DNA from: an uncultured Clostridia bacterium
GTDB taxonomy: Bacteria; Bacillota; Clostridia; Oscillospirales; Acutalibacteraceae
Direction of reading: 5' to 3'
Assembly: GCA_946184295.1 (NCBI GenBank)
Contig: CAMHEZ010000001.1
Span: forward strand, 137,977-201,976
DNA length: 64,000 nucleotides
Shown: positions 47,401-53,695 of the stretch, piece by piece
How the letters are laid out: each line of letters starts with the position of its first letter
How positions within the stretch are numbered: position 1 is the first letter of the stretch
Made by a program: the position numbers and the translations under genes
The notes under the pieces: generated by a model
What the model saw: the letters and a program-made list of their open reading frames with translations, nothing else
The model's database searches: none
What the model was told of the DNA's origin: nothing

Positions 47401-49487
47401 GGCACTGGAGCGAAGAAAACGCCGCGACAGCGGTATTCACCTGTGAGCACGATGCGGCGCACACCGAAACCGTGACGGCTACGGTTACGGCTGATAAATC
47501 CGAGGCCGACTGTGAGAAGGCAGGTCGCATCACTTACACGGCGGCGGTCATCTTCGGCGGCAAGACCTACACCGACAGTAAGACGGTCAAGGTACCCGCA
47601 CTTGGACACAAACTCAAACATGTAGAAGCAATTCCCGCGACCTGCGAGACCGACGGTCACACCGAACACTGGATTTGTACGCAGTGCGGCAAATATTTTG
47701 CCGACGAAAGCGGCGCGACCGAAATCAGTGCGGACGATGTAATTCTTGAAAGATTCGGTCACGATTGGGACGACGGGGTTGTCACGCTGGCTCCGACCTG
47801 CGAGACCGACGGCGTGAAGACCTACATCTGCAAGCACGACGCAAGCCACACCTGCACGGAAGTGATTCCGGCGACGGGACACACGCTGACATTCGTTCCG
47901 GCGGTGCCCGCGACCTGCGAGACCGACGGCAGTATCGCGTATTATGTGTGCGATACCTGCGGCAAGCGATACGCAGACGGCACGGCGGCAGTGGAAATTA
48001 CCGGCGATATCACCGTACCGGCACTCGGTCACGATTGGGGAATGTGGTTAGTTACCAAGCCCGCCACTGAATCCGAAGAAGGCTTGGAAGTCCGTATTTG
48101 CCAGCATGACCCGTCACATAGCGAAACCCGCGTCATTCCGGCGCTTGGTCATATGCACAAGCTGACCAAGACCGAAGCGGTTGCGGCAACCTGTGAGGCA
48201 GACGGCCATATCGCCTATTGGACGTGCGACGGCTGCGGCAGGCTGTTTGCCGACGCGGCAGGCGCAAAGGAAATCGAGAAGGAAGATACCATTCTGGTAA
48301 AACTTGGGCACGACTGGGACAACGGTGTGGTTACGCTTGACCCGACCTGTGAGGAGGACGGCGTGAGAACCTACACCTGCCGCAACGACGCAAGCCATAC
48401 CAGAACGGAGGTCATTTCCGCCACAGGGCATGAATTAAGGCTGGTTCCGTCCGTGGCGGCGACGTGTGAAACAGACGGTCACAAAGCATATTATGAATGT
48501 GAGATCTGCGGCAAGCTCTTTGCGGACATTGCCGCGCAGACGGAAATTACCTTCTATGACACCGTGATTCCCGCCATCGGCCACCGTTACGGTGAACCGG
48601 TCTGGACGTGGCACGACGACAACACCGTTGAGGCGGTATTTACCTGTGCCAACGATGCGGCGCACACACCGACTCTTTCGGCGACCGTCATGAGCGAAAC
48701 CGTCCAGGCGACCTGTGAAGCGGACGGTAAAACGGTTTACACCGCGACCGTTGCATTTGAGGGCAAGACCTATACTGACAGCAAAATCGTACTGCTCCCG
48801 GCACTGCATCACGACTGGGACGACGGCGTTGTAGAGCTGTCGGCGGACGGCAGCGATTACGTCGTGCGCTTCACCTGCCGAAATGACGCAAGCCATACCC
48901 GCATTTCTCCGCTGAACTTGATGCCACCGAGCGAGGATTACTACTATTACACCGTTCACACATCGTACCCCCAGAACAGCGACGAAGACGCACGCTTTGT
49001 CGTTAAGCGCCGCGGCGATGACACGGCGACTTACAGCAAATTCCTCGGTATCGCGGTGGATCACCGGAATGTGGCGCCGGATTGCTACGTCACCTTCCCT
49101 GGCAGTGTGGTTATTGACCTCAAAGCCTCCTACCTGCGTACGCTGGCGGTAGGGAAACACACCCTGCGCGTGATATTCACCGACGGCTATGTAGATACCT
49201 CCTTTATGATTACGGCAGCCGCATCCACACCGGCCCAACCGGTTACACCGGTTCAGCCCACACCTGCGGCACCCCATAAACCCGTGCCCACGCCTGTGGA
49301 ACCCACACCTGCGGTGCCCGATAAACCCGTGCCCGCACCTGTGGAACCCACACCTGCGGCGCCTGATACCGGCAAGTCCGATTCACCGCGAACGGGCGAG
49401 GGCAGCTTTGCGGCGGTATGGCTGATGATGAGCGCCTCTCTGTGCGCTATGTTCACAGCAATCAGAAAAAGACGCGAGGAAGCATAA
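35499..49487 (+). CDS. Giant (4,662 aa) cell-wall-anchored surface protein: signal peptide, S8 subtilase head, Ig/FN3/Big_2-like domains, Cys/His module array, SPRTG sorting signal
   Basis: One uninterrupted ORF with AAGGAGG RBS. S8 triad context: VAVIDTGVD, HGTMVAG, GTSASAA. Two FN3-like units lie at about 39240-39750. The C-terminus is SPRTGE plus a hydrophobic helix plus RKRREEA. Confidence 0.9.
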   Translation: MWKKLISGLLATFMLVSGIPVSALSIESDWIVEFRSEELAKDFLLTHEGRLLGGAMVLTRGESGDFDGRADVVSLTKDGRVKGAAVSFNDPRKNDQYYLTDNALNVTTAWNTLDAALADKGLTEADASPIRVAVIDTGVDGSHEDLKNRVTAGYDAVNGVALPAGTDSDVSDASHGTMVAGLIAAEANNSVGIAGVSYTLPVSIVPVRALDANANGKLSDIIAAIYWAVDEGNADIVNMSFGLRRQSRPAALEAAVNHAVDKGVTLIAAAGNEGRYVSYENYHYYPAALEGVLAVGSLTKSSYVRYSGYIPSYSSFTNRINTSSDVGKTFFYVAGENLLTTARGNTYDTFTGTSASAAVFSGMMASLMSVSRAIDGVEPQAVITTTNGGGYYSYRVSYHSFSVAASNLRSGRVMDAWWINDAHFPTLLRNSVEFSGTLMDPSYQMSGVRAVLIDGDDQVTELDAVPRIVDSVGQSVSFALDSTQVADGAYQLNIIGTYASPSSAENTEIMLYEQSVTIDNAGKNYLLSVWEDGEPLIGTELTLYNADGNEMQTGHTDSLGNYPVSATAADKGGVTVVTQGEECLHIDELETHPRDNAYLFNESPATLTLTASEETLARLGNLPLTLRLPDGSSAELVTITGGSTAVTICSNCPLTFTIRGDALSLSKEFSFADGDKVWNLDEELSTDVTLTLDSAFTDASGIRLLIGDNAYELPKEGGSVVTVPGKYDVAAIVYRQNSEDGSDKADYFKIAFGQQNLTKNTTLAIGASVKAELTLEKGDVKQNEDQLVTLRFSDSEGSLITDVGTIYTLEDGTESCGSTLSSYSLRLNRAGEDGTWEDLDSQYVEWSRQDDAFVTTLSTSMMDNATGTYRMRPHSYQPWPFTFGDRDWHTFQVTAEETSPSARVNFRFNNYNGSQESNADFCVLLKDESGAWMSRQAMAPSDASSEPCYTFLPVGQRYQGAMTAQCYCPELDGTAAVTAVFTIDLTDKTAGDTVDITLQPDRSWQITRITAPSAADSASAAGTSPVGASDLPADGSVNGQTDGVDSKVCGVTVYPFDRLPDTGVTGSRSNYLSGIVSQNLGETAVDLTFRAVRGTYTFEAVVTLTHDFSGSGSIAASLPLHPTLSCDQAEYRSGSDVTLRYKLLDSCGNAVKNVICRSDNSETASDGSAGTVHPTACVTVYRANGATVGQYTLSDVYADSVKLTGLADGKYIASVTVECPLLTATGETVTFTVGGESPVVPEKVVETPANFSAKAKSVSSIELSWDAPTDEIAGYVIYRDGRPFGEVAGSADSYLDEGITADRYYSYTLYAVDSEGDRSKGATAGSRPAARPDTTPPSVPTNLRATLMGSEVLLSWARSTDNVAVTNYIVTCDGTEVGRTYNRSFTHAGRLPGQTCVYTVSAMDGAGNRSAESRSVSVAVPNVSGITASTLTYPRNKVGNITGQTLTVNARATADIATVRLTVNFTLLDGTSDSLTTALTADGNGAWLGSADLPDEFASVEQATLTAYQSGETEAADTKQLLTSPVARANAFTVALTNTQNLTLPDFAQTVNVTLSGSDDQFSVTRTVEHYAGSFVCFPPNASDYCVTVTDEDGRELYVRTDITITDGGSFTADASDLAKSLRVKLTGLPDGVDMTGIAVSAEGRWATYTGVTDSQGYIIWSEGGQWLSVEPSKCYYDIVGGSYYLRLRSDVQTLATDDKVYEINGISEKCYVTDPVNEMTVGLDTTTAQAKTITAHIRDKHGTPAKGVSVEIVGKTRKTVITDENGTASAKIGLYTYDLDGTTYICDACVNVPWQTTPDGRIWQSNGNSYTQDSCDITLTAQSNQFKFVPDVKVYQDGQNRPVSDSDAAGAGWSARVIRPYNDYNLIGYNGEWSNSDLTLTDGDKVTVYLSAALGTRSWRGQCEVTFDSANPTVSPEIVIHEDSAHRLTLNALNGDMLPGVDRRFLVYNKNGELLSDTVSHAAFADVKLPYGQPVTVIATFDTASDKSLLQWKSYGAWAESVKYTSDGSGDPLHFSAAYGVYFNDTFWRENGFSGTPTQYRLDNGDWRVNFRYTAWDADGTRSKSDYIILPEGAYDVDLGSYTSCSTYSEEDNTITINQKKIGGRHKICNFSFSIPAEKLAANPRIVAWFETTFINGKDYTSLPYELNLRLSGVNLGGGNSVCYDDLTDQGGYPLTVRSQLYGQGKTISIYDGDTLLVYQAMPSPELTFDLPLTKDIGTHKLRVVVSDGTIEDETDKEVDVVYDDQPVIDSVYVTCNGIGGMLVGKGSEYFSPYYTHRQEDHVSVRVQAQHSDLIEKMWAVVSLSKGSVKINLTKKNDNGLYEGSSVCGSANNPVTGIEVKYLQKPDTPDTVQGSIDFDTQSSYYDIAFWEGPTDEQREAHLVSVEDNPAQAQALSDWEKYVDLIQNGEHMDSDEFYEKLDEVYGDDGEWTLPIAKGDNGEEFSMTFIKESERAKEFLASEDAFTVLLDGEKVKMGYEIEFCENGEDIIIHYYGDLSLFYPRVPESDTVSADWFWEKDYGGHQPTKPAAPVVKPKKGGPSVAGELLQKGVGLGNMYNGYKDNPDYSQYYAILNDPCATPAQKMAAQQKLWIKMGQHAGDLAIDTISQIGPDETDAGTWGHMALGGGLGVMGKHWDDINAALNEDPTKNTSPCDDDDDGDDDDDDDDDDDDDDDDDDGGNGDGNHKKKKKKKKKTAAFGHFHPLVDPSGNIFEAVADQPVQGVTATIYYKSSESGEWVKWDSEAYDQPSNPMLSHEDGYYGWDVLMGKWKVVFEKDGYFLAESEELDVPPEHTDVNISLVSSVAPTVTGFTAKADGGSVTLTFDKYMLTKDMLSDGAINVTFGGVTPGGKLTAVSPKTTAKGNKQFVSASDIAGGDEVAKQFTYTFDDPLPTGATVNVTVSDEAAAYNGMTLTEVYNGSVVVPESDPVVYADTMTFEDASLLDKAVGDTFKIGELTFNGTQPGAVQYESSDESVLTVDENGNVTAVGAGYATVWATCDTLEAGRPVQVTRQPVVPDESDNAVVFCRKDNLIWNKGCWMWSDGATYGDGDPVEGDGKYLALSWRILENGTEKAGSDVASGAIAVKEYYTPTKTGTLTGEITYQLYTYHEGKWTAVEGKTYTATKDMNVVTVTGLSVKTPPATVGIGDTLNLNELVLNVHTSDGLTSEVPYAKFYRWSLTPSTKHGTVLTKSDRVLTITHPDSGQTVDIELWASTEHDITITNDGNGTAKASVEKADPGDTVTLTATPKEHYRLKEWQVVSGKVTITDNQFTMPDTAVTIQAIFEPDHTLTHFAAVAAACETDGSIEYWHCDGCDRYFADAEAKEEITKDDIPIPAPGHDWDDGAVTQEPTCDKDGTKVYTCRHDASHTKTETVPALGHDLQLVPAVAATCTTDGHSAYYECQRCGKLFADGTAAIEITDPASLTIEALGHDWGEWVTVTPASENTAGLERRVCSRDATHEETRVLPKLPHTHVLTKTEEVPATCEEDGHTAYWTCNGCGKLFGDAEGNTEIQKEDTVIAAIGHDWDNGVVTTEPTCTEDGVKTFTCRRDASHTKTEPVAKLGHELKLVPAVPATCESDGHSAYYDCTRCDRHFADAAGSEEVTDLDALVIPATGHAYGSPVWKWDADHTATLTLTCSHDAVHVQNIPAIVTRKLTEPACETDGVILYTALVTFDGVTYTDNKTESVPATGHKLTLTAAVEPTCEKNGSTAYYVCEHCGKWFEDATASVEITDKSSVVIPALGHDYGNPAWNWSADDQATVSFTCRHDDSHVKTVTATVTSERTEPTCLHDGQLVYTATAKYDGRTYTNTNTVRFPALGHELHLIPAVAPTCEKGGNIEYYLCERCNKLFADAEGKTKIKLEDTILPAKQHDWNGGVVTTEPTCTEDGVKTFTCLNDPNHTKTESVLALGHKLKAIPEMPAACESEGRMAYYECKTCGKYFADATGLVEITDLSVLTIPAIGHAYGKPSWHWSEENAATAVFTCEHDAAHTETVTATVTADKSEADCEKAGRITYTAAVIFGGKTYTDSKTVKVPALGHKLKHVEAIPATCETDGHTEHWICTQCGKYFADESGATEISADDVILERFGHDWDDGVVTLAPTCETDGVKTYICKHDASHTCTEVIPATGHTLTFVPAVPATCETDGSIAYYVCDTCGKRYADGTAAVEITGDITVPALGHDWGMWLVTKPATESEEGLEVRICQHDPSHSETRVIPALGHMHKLTKTEAVAATCEADGHIAYWTCDGCGRLFADAAGAKEIEKEDTILVKLGHDWDNGVVTLDPTCEEDGVRTYTCRNDASHTRTEVISATGHELRLVPSVAATCETDGHKAYYECEICGKLFADIAAQTEITFYDTVIPAIGHRYGEPVWTWHDDNTVEAVFTCANDAAHTPTLSATVMSETVQATCEADGKTVYTATVAFEGKTYTDSKIVLLPALHHDWDDGVVELSADGSDYVVRFTCRNDASHTRISPLNLMPPSEDYYYYTVHTSYPQNSDEDARFVVKRRGDDTATYSKFLGIAVDHRNVAPDCYVTFPGSVVIDLKASYLRTLAVGKHTLRVIFTDGYVDTSFMITAAASTPAQPVTPVQPTPAAPHKPVPTPVEPTPAVPDKPVPAPVEPTPAAPDTGKSDSPRTGEGSFAAVWLMMSASLCAMFTAIRKRREEA
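45354..48915 (+). repeat. Array of about 23 GH-delimited Cys/His mini-modules (coding repeat)
   Basis: Recurrent (P/A)xxGH boundaries with four module classes. An identical peptide, GVVTTEPTCTEDGVKTFTC, occurs twice. Confidence 0.8.
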
Positions 49488-49607
49488 CGATGCGATTGCC
49501 CCGGATGATGGACGGGGAGAGAGATGGGAAATCCGTCTCACTCCCCGCGTCAATGGGAACTATGGGAATGGATGCAGGGCGTTTGCGATGAAAGGAGAAT
49601 GGTAGCC

Positions 49608-49976
49608 ATGCAGAAATGGCTCGAAGCACTAAAAGAAAAACTCACCGGGAACAAAAAGGCGGCATTGCTGCTTGGCGTCGTCGCGCTGCTACTGGTGTTG
49701 TCAGCGGTTGTTCTGAAGATGGGGAACGGTAATCCATTATACGGAAACTGGATTTTAGATGAAGTAACCGGCTATGAGTTTGACCGCAACGGCAAAGGTG
49801 TCATGTCGGTGCAATCTTCGGAATATCCCTTTACGTATCAAATTGACGGCGATCAACTATTCATTGATTTTGAATTGGAAAGCGCTGCCGACAGGACATA
49901 TACTTATACGATCGACGATGATGTGCTGAAATTGTCGGCCGGCGGCCAGCACTATGAGATGAAAAAACGAAAGTGA
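49608..49976 (+). CDS. Small membrane-anchored protein (lipocalin-like beta domain?)
   Basis: MQKWLEALKEK..., one TM, then GNWILDEVTGYEFDRNGKG...YTYTIDDDVLKL. AGGAG lies 10 nt upstream. Confidence 0.6.
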   Translation: MQKWLEALKEKLTGNKKAALLLGVVALLLVLSAVVLKMGNGNPLYGNWILDEVTGYEFDRNGKGVMSVQSSEYPFTYQIDGDQLFIDFELESAADRTYTYTIDDDVLKLSAGGQHYEMKKRK

Positions 49977-50018
49977 TTTCAGAAGCGTCCATATTCAAAT
50001 GGCAAAGGAGAGATTGCA

Positions 50019-53000
50019 TTGAGTTGCAAAATCATCAAATCGTGTATCAGTAGTTGTCTGCTGATACTGCTGGTACTGTCCTCACAGCTGCCAACGGTTT
50101 GGGCGGCATCAACGGGAGATTCGTCGAATCATACGTTGGCTGTTGATCCTACGGGCAAGAACAATGGCTATTCGGCCGTGCTCTATGACAATACCAACGG
50201 TCTGCCCACTTCGGAAGCCAACGCGCTTGCCACTACGTCTGACGGATTTCTTTGGATTGGCAGCTACAGCGGCCTGATTCGGTACGACGGCAACACCTTT
50301 GAGCGCATTGACTCCACCACCGGTGTGGCCAGTGTGGTGAGCCTCTTTGTGGACAGCAAGGACCGGCTCTGGATCGGTACGAATGACAGCGGCGTTGCCG
50401 TGATGGAAAAGGACAACTTCAAGTTCTATACCAAATCGGACGGTCTGCGTTCCTCCTCCATTCGTTCGATTGTGGAAGCTCCCGACGGCAGTATTTACAT
50501 TGCCTCCACGCAAGGCGTTTCCATCATCGACACGGATATGCAGTTGACCCCGGTCAATGACATACAGATCAATGATGAATATATCCGTTCGCTCCAGATG
50601 GGCAGTGACGATGTGATTTATGGCGTGACCAACAGCGGCGCGGTATTTACTATGCAGGACGGAAAGCTCACGGCGTTCTACAATGCGGAAGACATGGGCA
50701 TTATGGGCATTCGCGCCATTCTGCCGGATAGCAGCAATCCGGGCTGTATTTACGTCGGCACGGGGGGCAGCGAGGTTTACTACGGCCGGCTGCAAAACGG
50801 CCTGCAAACAAGCAAGACCTACGACATCTCGCCGCTGGACTATGTCAATAGCCTTGCACAGGTGGGCGGTCAGGTGTGGGTGAACGCCGACAACGGTATG
50901 TCCGTTCTCAAAAACGATGTTGCGTCTATGCTGGAAAACCTGCCGGTCAACAGCTCGATTGAAGGCGTCATGACAGATTACCAAGGCAATCTCTGGGTGG
51001 CCTCTTCCAAGCAGGGCGTCATGAAGATTGTGCCCAACCAGTTCACCGACATTTTCCAGCGCTACGCCCTGACGTCGGACGTCATCAAAGCGACCTGTAT
51101 GTATAACGATATGCTGCTGATCGGCAGCAAGAACAACGGCTTGACGGTCGTTGACAATAGCGGCGTCGTGGAAAGCTTTCCCGTTGAGCAGGCGATTACC
51201 GCGTCGGGTGAGCCGCTGGAGGCTGACGATTTGATTGCCATGCTGGCAGGCTGCCGTATTCGTTCCATCGTCTGCGACAGCAAAAACCGCGTCTGGATTG
51301 CGACCTATGGCGAAAATGCCCTGCTCCGCTATGACAACGGTATTGTCACCCGTTTCAGCGAAGCGGACGGTCTGCCTTCCGAACGCGTGAGAACAGTCTT
51401 TGAGCGGCAGGACGGCAGCTTCATGGTGGCCTGTTCGGGAGGACTTGCTATCATCGAAGACGATGTGGTCACGCAGGTTTACAATGAAGCGTCGGGCATT
51501 AACAATACCGAAGTACTCACAGCCATCGAAACCAAGAACAAGAATATGATTATCGGTACAGACGGCGACGGCATTTATTTCCTCAAGGACGGCAAGGCTT
51601 CCCATGTCGGCATCGACGCGGGACTTTCCTCCGAGGTTGTCATGCGTCTGAAGGAGGACGTTTCCAGAGATGTTGTCTGGGTCGTTACCAGCAATTCACT
51701 GGCCTACATGAACGAGATCGGGCAAGTGACTACGGTGAAAAATTTCCCTTATTCTAACAATTTCGACCTTTACGAAAACAGCGATGGCGATATGTGGATT
51801 CTCAGCAGCAACGGTATCTATGTGGTTTCCGCCGATGAGCTGATTGCCAACGGCGATATCAACCCTATCTATTACGGCAGAGACAACGGTCTCTCCTGTA
51901 TCGCGACCGCCAACTCCTACAGCGGCTTGACAAAAAGCGGCAATTTATATATTGCCGGTACCACCGGTGTGGCCAAGGTCAATATTGAGACTTCCTTTGA
52001 GAATGTCACCGATGTGAAAATGACGGTACCCTATATCGAGGTTGACGGCGTCAGGGTTTACCCCGACGCCAAGGGAACCATCACGATTCCCTCTGACGCC
52101 AAGAAGGTTACCATTTACAGCTACATCTTCAATTATTCCCTCATGAATCCCCAAGTGACATATCAGCTGCAAGGTTTTGATGACCATGGTACCACCGTCA
52201 AACGCAGCGAACTGGTGCCTATTGACTACACGAACCTCAGAGGCGGCAAATACCGGTTTGTCATGCAGCTAGCTGATACAGATGGCAGCAGCGGCAAGGA
52301 TCTGACCGTTGACATTGTCAAGGAAAAGGCGCTGCATGAATGGCTGTGGTTCCAGCTCGTATGCGGCGCACTGGGTCTTCTGCTTGTCGCGGGCGTTGTT
52401 TTGATCTACATTCACCGTAAAACCCAGGCATTCCTCAAAAAAGAGAAACAGCAGAAGCAGCTCATTCGTGAAATCGTTGAGGCGTTTGCCAAAGTCATTG
52501 ATATGAAGGATTCCTATACCAACGGTCACTCTACCCGCGTGGCACAGTACACCGTCATGCTGGCGAAGGAGTTGGGGTATGACGAGGAGACTGTCGAGCA
52601 ATACTACAACATCGCGCTGCTGCACGACATCGGCAAGGTCGGTATTCCGCCGGAAGTGCTCAATAAGCCCGGCAAGCTCACTGACGAGGAGTTCCGCACC
52701 ATTAAATCTCATACCACGCTGGGTTACAATACGCTCAAGGGCATCAGCATCATGCCGGAACTGGCCATCGGCGCGGGCGCACATCACGAGCGTCCCGACG
52801 GCAAGGGCTATCCCAACGGTCTGAAGGGTGACCAAATTCCGCGTGTGGCACAGATTATCGCCATTGCCGACACGTTTGACGCGATGTACTCCAACCGTCC
52901 CTACCGCAAGCGCATGAATTTTGAAAAGGCGGTTTCCATCATCAAGGGGGCACGCGGTACCCAGCTTACCGCCGATGTAGTAGACGCCTTCCTGCGCCTC

Positions 53001-53294
53001 GTAGACAAGGGAGAGTTCCGCGCCCCGGACGATGTCGGCGGCGGCACCACGGAGGATATCGACAATATCCACAAGAAGTTTGATGCGCAGGCCAAGAATG
53101 ACAATACTGCTCCGCAGCAACCCACCAAGGCCGAGCCTGTCAAAACAGAACCCGCCAAGACTGAGCCGGTAAGGACAGAGTCCGTTTCCCGTGACAATGC
53201 GAGAATGGACTACACATTTAGAAATACGTCTCAGGGAAGCGGCAGACACAGTTCGCAGGGCGTGAGTTTTCCGCGCTACAGGGACGATAAGTAA
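50019..53294 (+). CDS. Sensor HD-GYP c-di-GMP phosphodiesterase with extracytoplasmic two-component-regulator beta-propeller and Y_Y_Y domains
   Basis: Signal/TM segment, many (G)L(P/S)S..V.(S/A)I..D..G.(L/I)W(I/V)(G/A)T propeller repeats, a Y_Y_Y-like region (YQLQGFDD..), a TM, and an HD-GYP core (LLHDIGK...HHERPDGKGYP). TTG start 8 nt after AGGAG. Confidence 0.85.
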   Translation: MSCKIIKSCISSCLLILLVLSSQLPTVWAASTGDSSNHTLAVDPTGKNNGYSAVLYDNTNGLPTSEANALATTSDGFLWIGSYSGLIRYDGNTFERIDSTTGVASVVSLFVDSKDRLWIGTNDSGVAVMEKDNFKFYTKSDGLRSSSIRSIVEAPDGSIYIASTQGVSIIDTDMQLTPVNDIQINDEYIRSLQMGSDDVIYGVTNSGAVFTMQDGKLTAFYNAEDMGIMGIRAILPDSSNPGCIYVGTGGSEVYYGRLQNGLQTSKTYDISPLDYVNSLAQVGGQVWVNADNGMSVLKNDVASMLENLPVNSSIEGVMTDYQGNLWVASSKQGVMKIVPNQFTDIFQRYALTSDVIKATCMYNDMLLIGSKNNGLTVVDNSGVVESFPVEQAITASGEPLEADDLIAMLAGCRIRSIVCDSKNRVWIATYGENALLRYDNGIVTRFSEADGLPSERVRTVFERQDGSFMVACSGGLAIIEDDVVTQVYNEASGINNTEVLTAIETKNKNMIIGTDGDGIYFLKDGKASHVGIDAGLSSEVVMRLKEDVSRDVVWVVTSNSLAYMNEIGQVTTVKNFPYSNNFDLYENSDGDMWILSSNGIYVVSADELIANGDINPIYYGRDNGLSCIATANSYSGLTKSGNLYIAGTTGVAKVNIETSFENVTDVKMTVPYIEVDGVRVYPDAKGTITIPSDAKKVTIYSYIFNYSLMNPQVTYQLQGFDDHGTTVKRSELVPIDYTNLRGGKYRFVMQLADTDGSSGKDLTVDIVKEKALHEWLWFQLVCGALGLLLVAGVVLIYIHRKTQAFLKKEKQQKQLIREIVEAFAKVIDMKDSYTNGHSTRVAQYTVMLAKELGYDEETVEQYYNIALLHDIGKVGIPPEVLNKPGKLTDEEFRTIKSHTTLGYNTLKGISIMPELAIGAGAHHERPDGKGYPNGLKGDQIPRVAQIIAIADTFDAMYSNRPYRKRMNFEKAVSIIKGARGTQLTADVVDAFLRLVDKGEFRAPDDVGGGTTEDIDNIHKKFDAQAKNDNTAPQQPTKAEPVKTEPAKTEPVRTESVSRDNARMDYTFRNTSQGSGRHSSQGVSFPRYRDDK

Positions 53295-53327
53295 TCCTTG
53301 ACCCCGTTTCACAATATTTGAATAGAA

Positions 53328-53365
53328 AGCGCCATTTTTTCTGCAAAAAGTGGCGCTTTTTTTGT
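53328..53365 (+). terminator. Intrinsic terminator after the HD-GYP gene
   Basis: AGCGCCATTTTTT-CTGC-AAAAAGTGGCGCT followed by T7. Confidence 0.8.
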
Positions 53366-53489
53366 TTTGTCTGTTCGTTGCAGGCGTGTGTCAACGGTCC
53401 TGTACTATGACAAAAGTGATAAAAGCAATCCCCTTTTTGTCTGCATTATTATTCATTCAAATGTTTTTGTTATTAATCCCACAAATTCA

Positions 53490-53518
53490 TTGACTTAAAT
53501 TGTGAATGATGATATAAT
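53490..53518 (+). promoter_or_regulatory. Near-consensus sigma-A promoter of the pilus operon
   Basis: TTGACT (53490-53495), 17 nt, TATAAT (53513-53518). Confidence 0.7.
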
Positions 53519-53647
53519 GATTAAGGAGATGCAATGGGCGTATGGGGGTTATGGAAGAGTATCAAGGTTATCTGGCACTTTTTTGATAAAACGGCAATGC
53601 AGTATTCTTGTTCAACTTGTTCTGTCCGCCATTACAAACCGATACAT

Positions 53648-53695
53648 ACGTGTCTGTGGGTCGATTGTGTCCTGTAGGCGCGTTTTTTGTTTTGA
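53648..53695 (+). terminator. Leader (attenuator) terminator upstream of the first pilin gene
   Basis: In the RNA, ACGUGUCUGUGGG (53648-53660) pairs with CCUGUAGGCGCGU (53671-53683): 13 bp, of which 5 are G-U, so it folds only in the + transcript. UUUUUUGUUUUG follows. Confidence 0.55.

Noticed and set aside
43299-48032. A 1,577-aa ORF on the minus strand, antisense to the giant gene. Similar cases are 38247-40976 (909 aa), 27795-29879 (antisense to tex), 17113-18567 (antisense to ilvD), 9812-11152 and 32546-33271.
   Set aside because: The translations are Arg/Gly/Val/His-rich low-complexity sequence with no motifs and no RBS. Each lies opposite a sense gene with unmistakable family signatures. 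Long stop-free antisense frames are expected from the strong GC3 bias.
45354-48915. A CRISPR-like or other non-coding repeat array suggested by the periodic DNA similarity. The same question applies at 63409-64000.
   Set aside because: The periodicity is in-frame within long ORFs and conserved at the amino-acid level. There are no short identical direct repeats separated by unique spacers.
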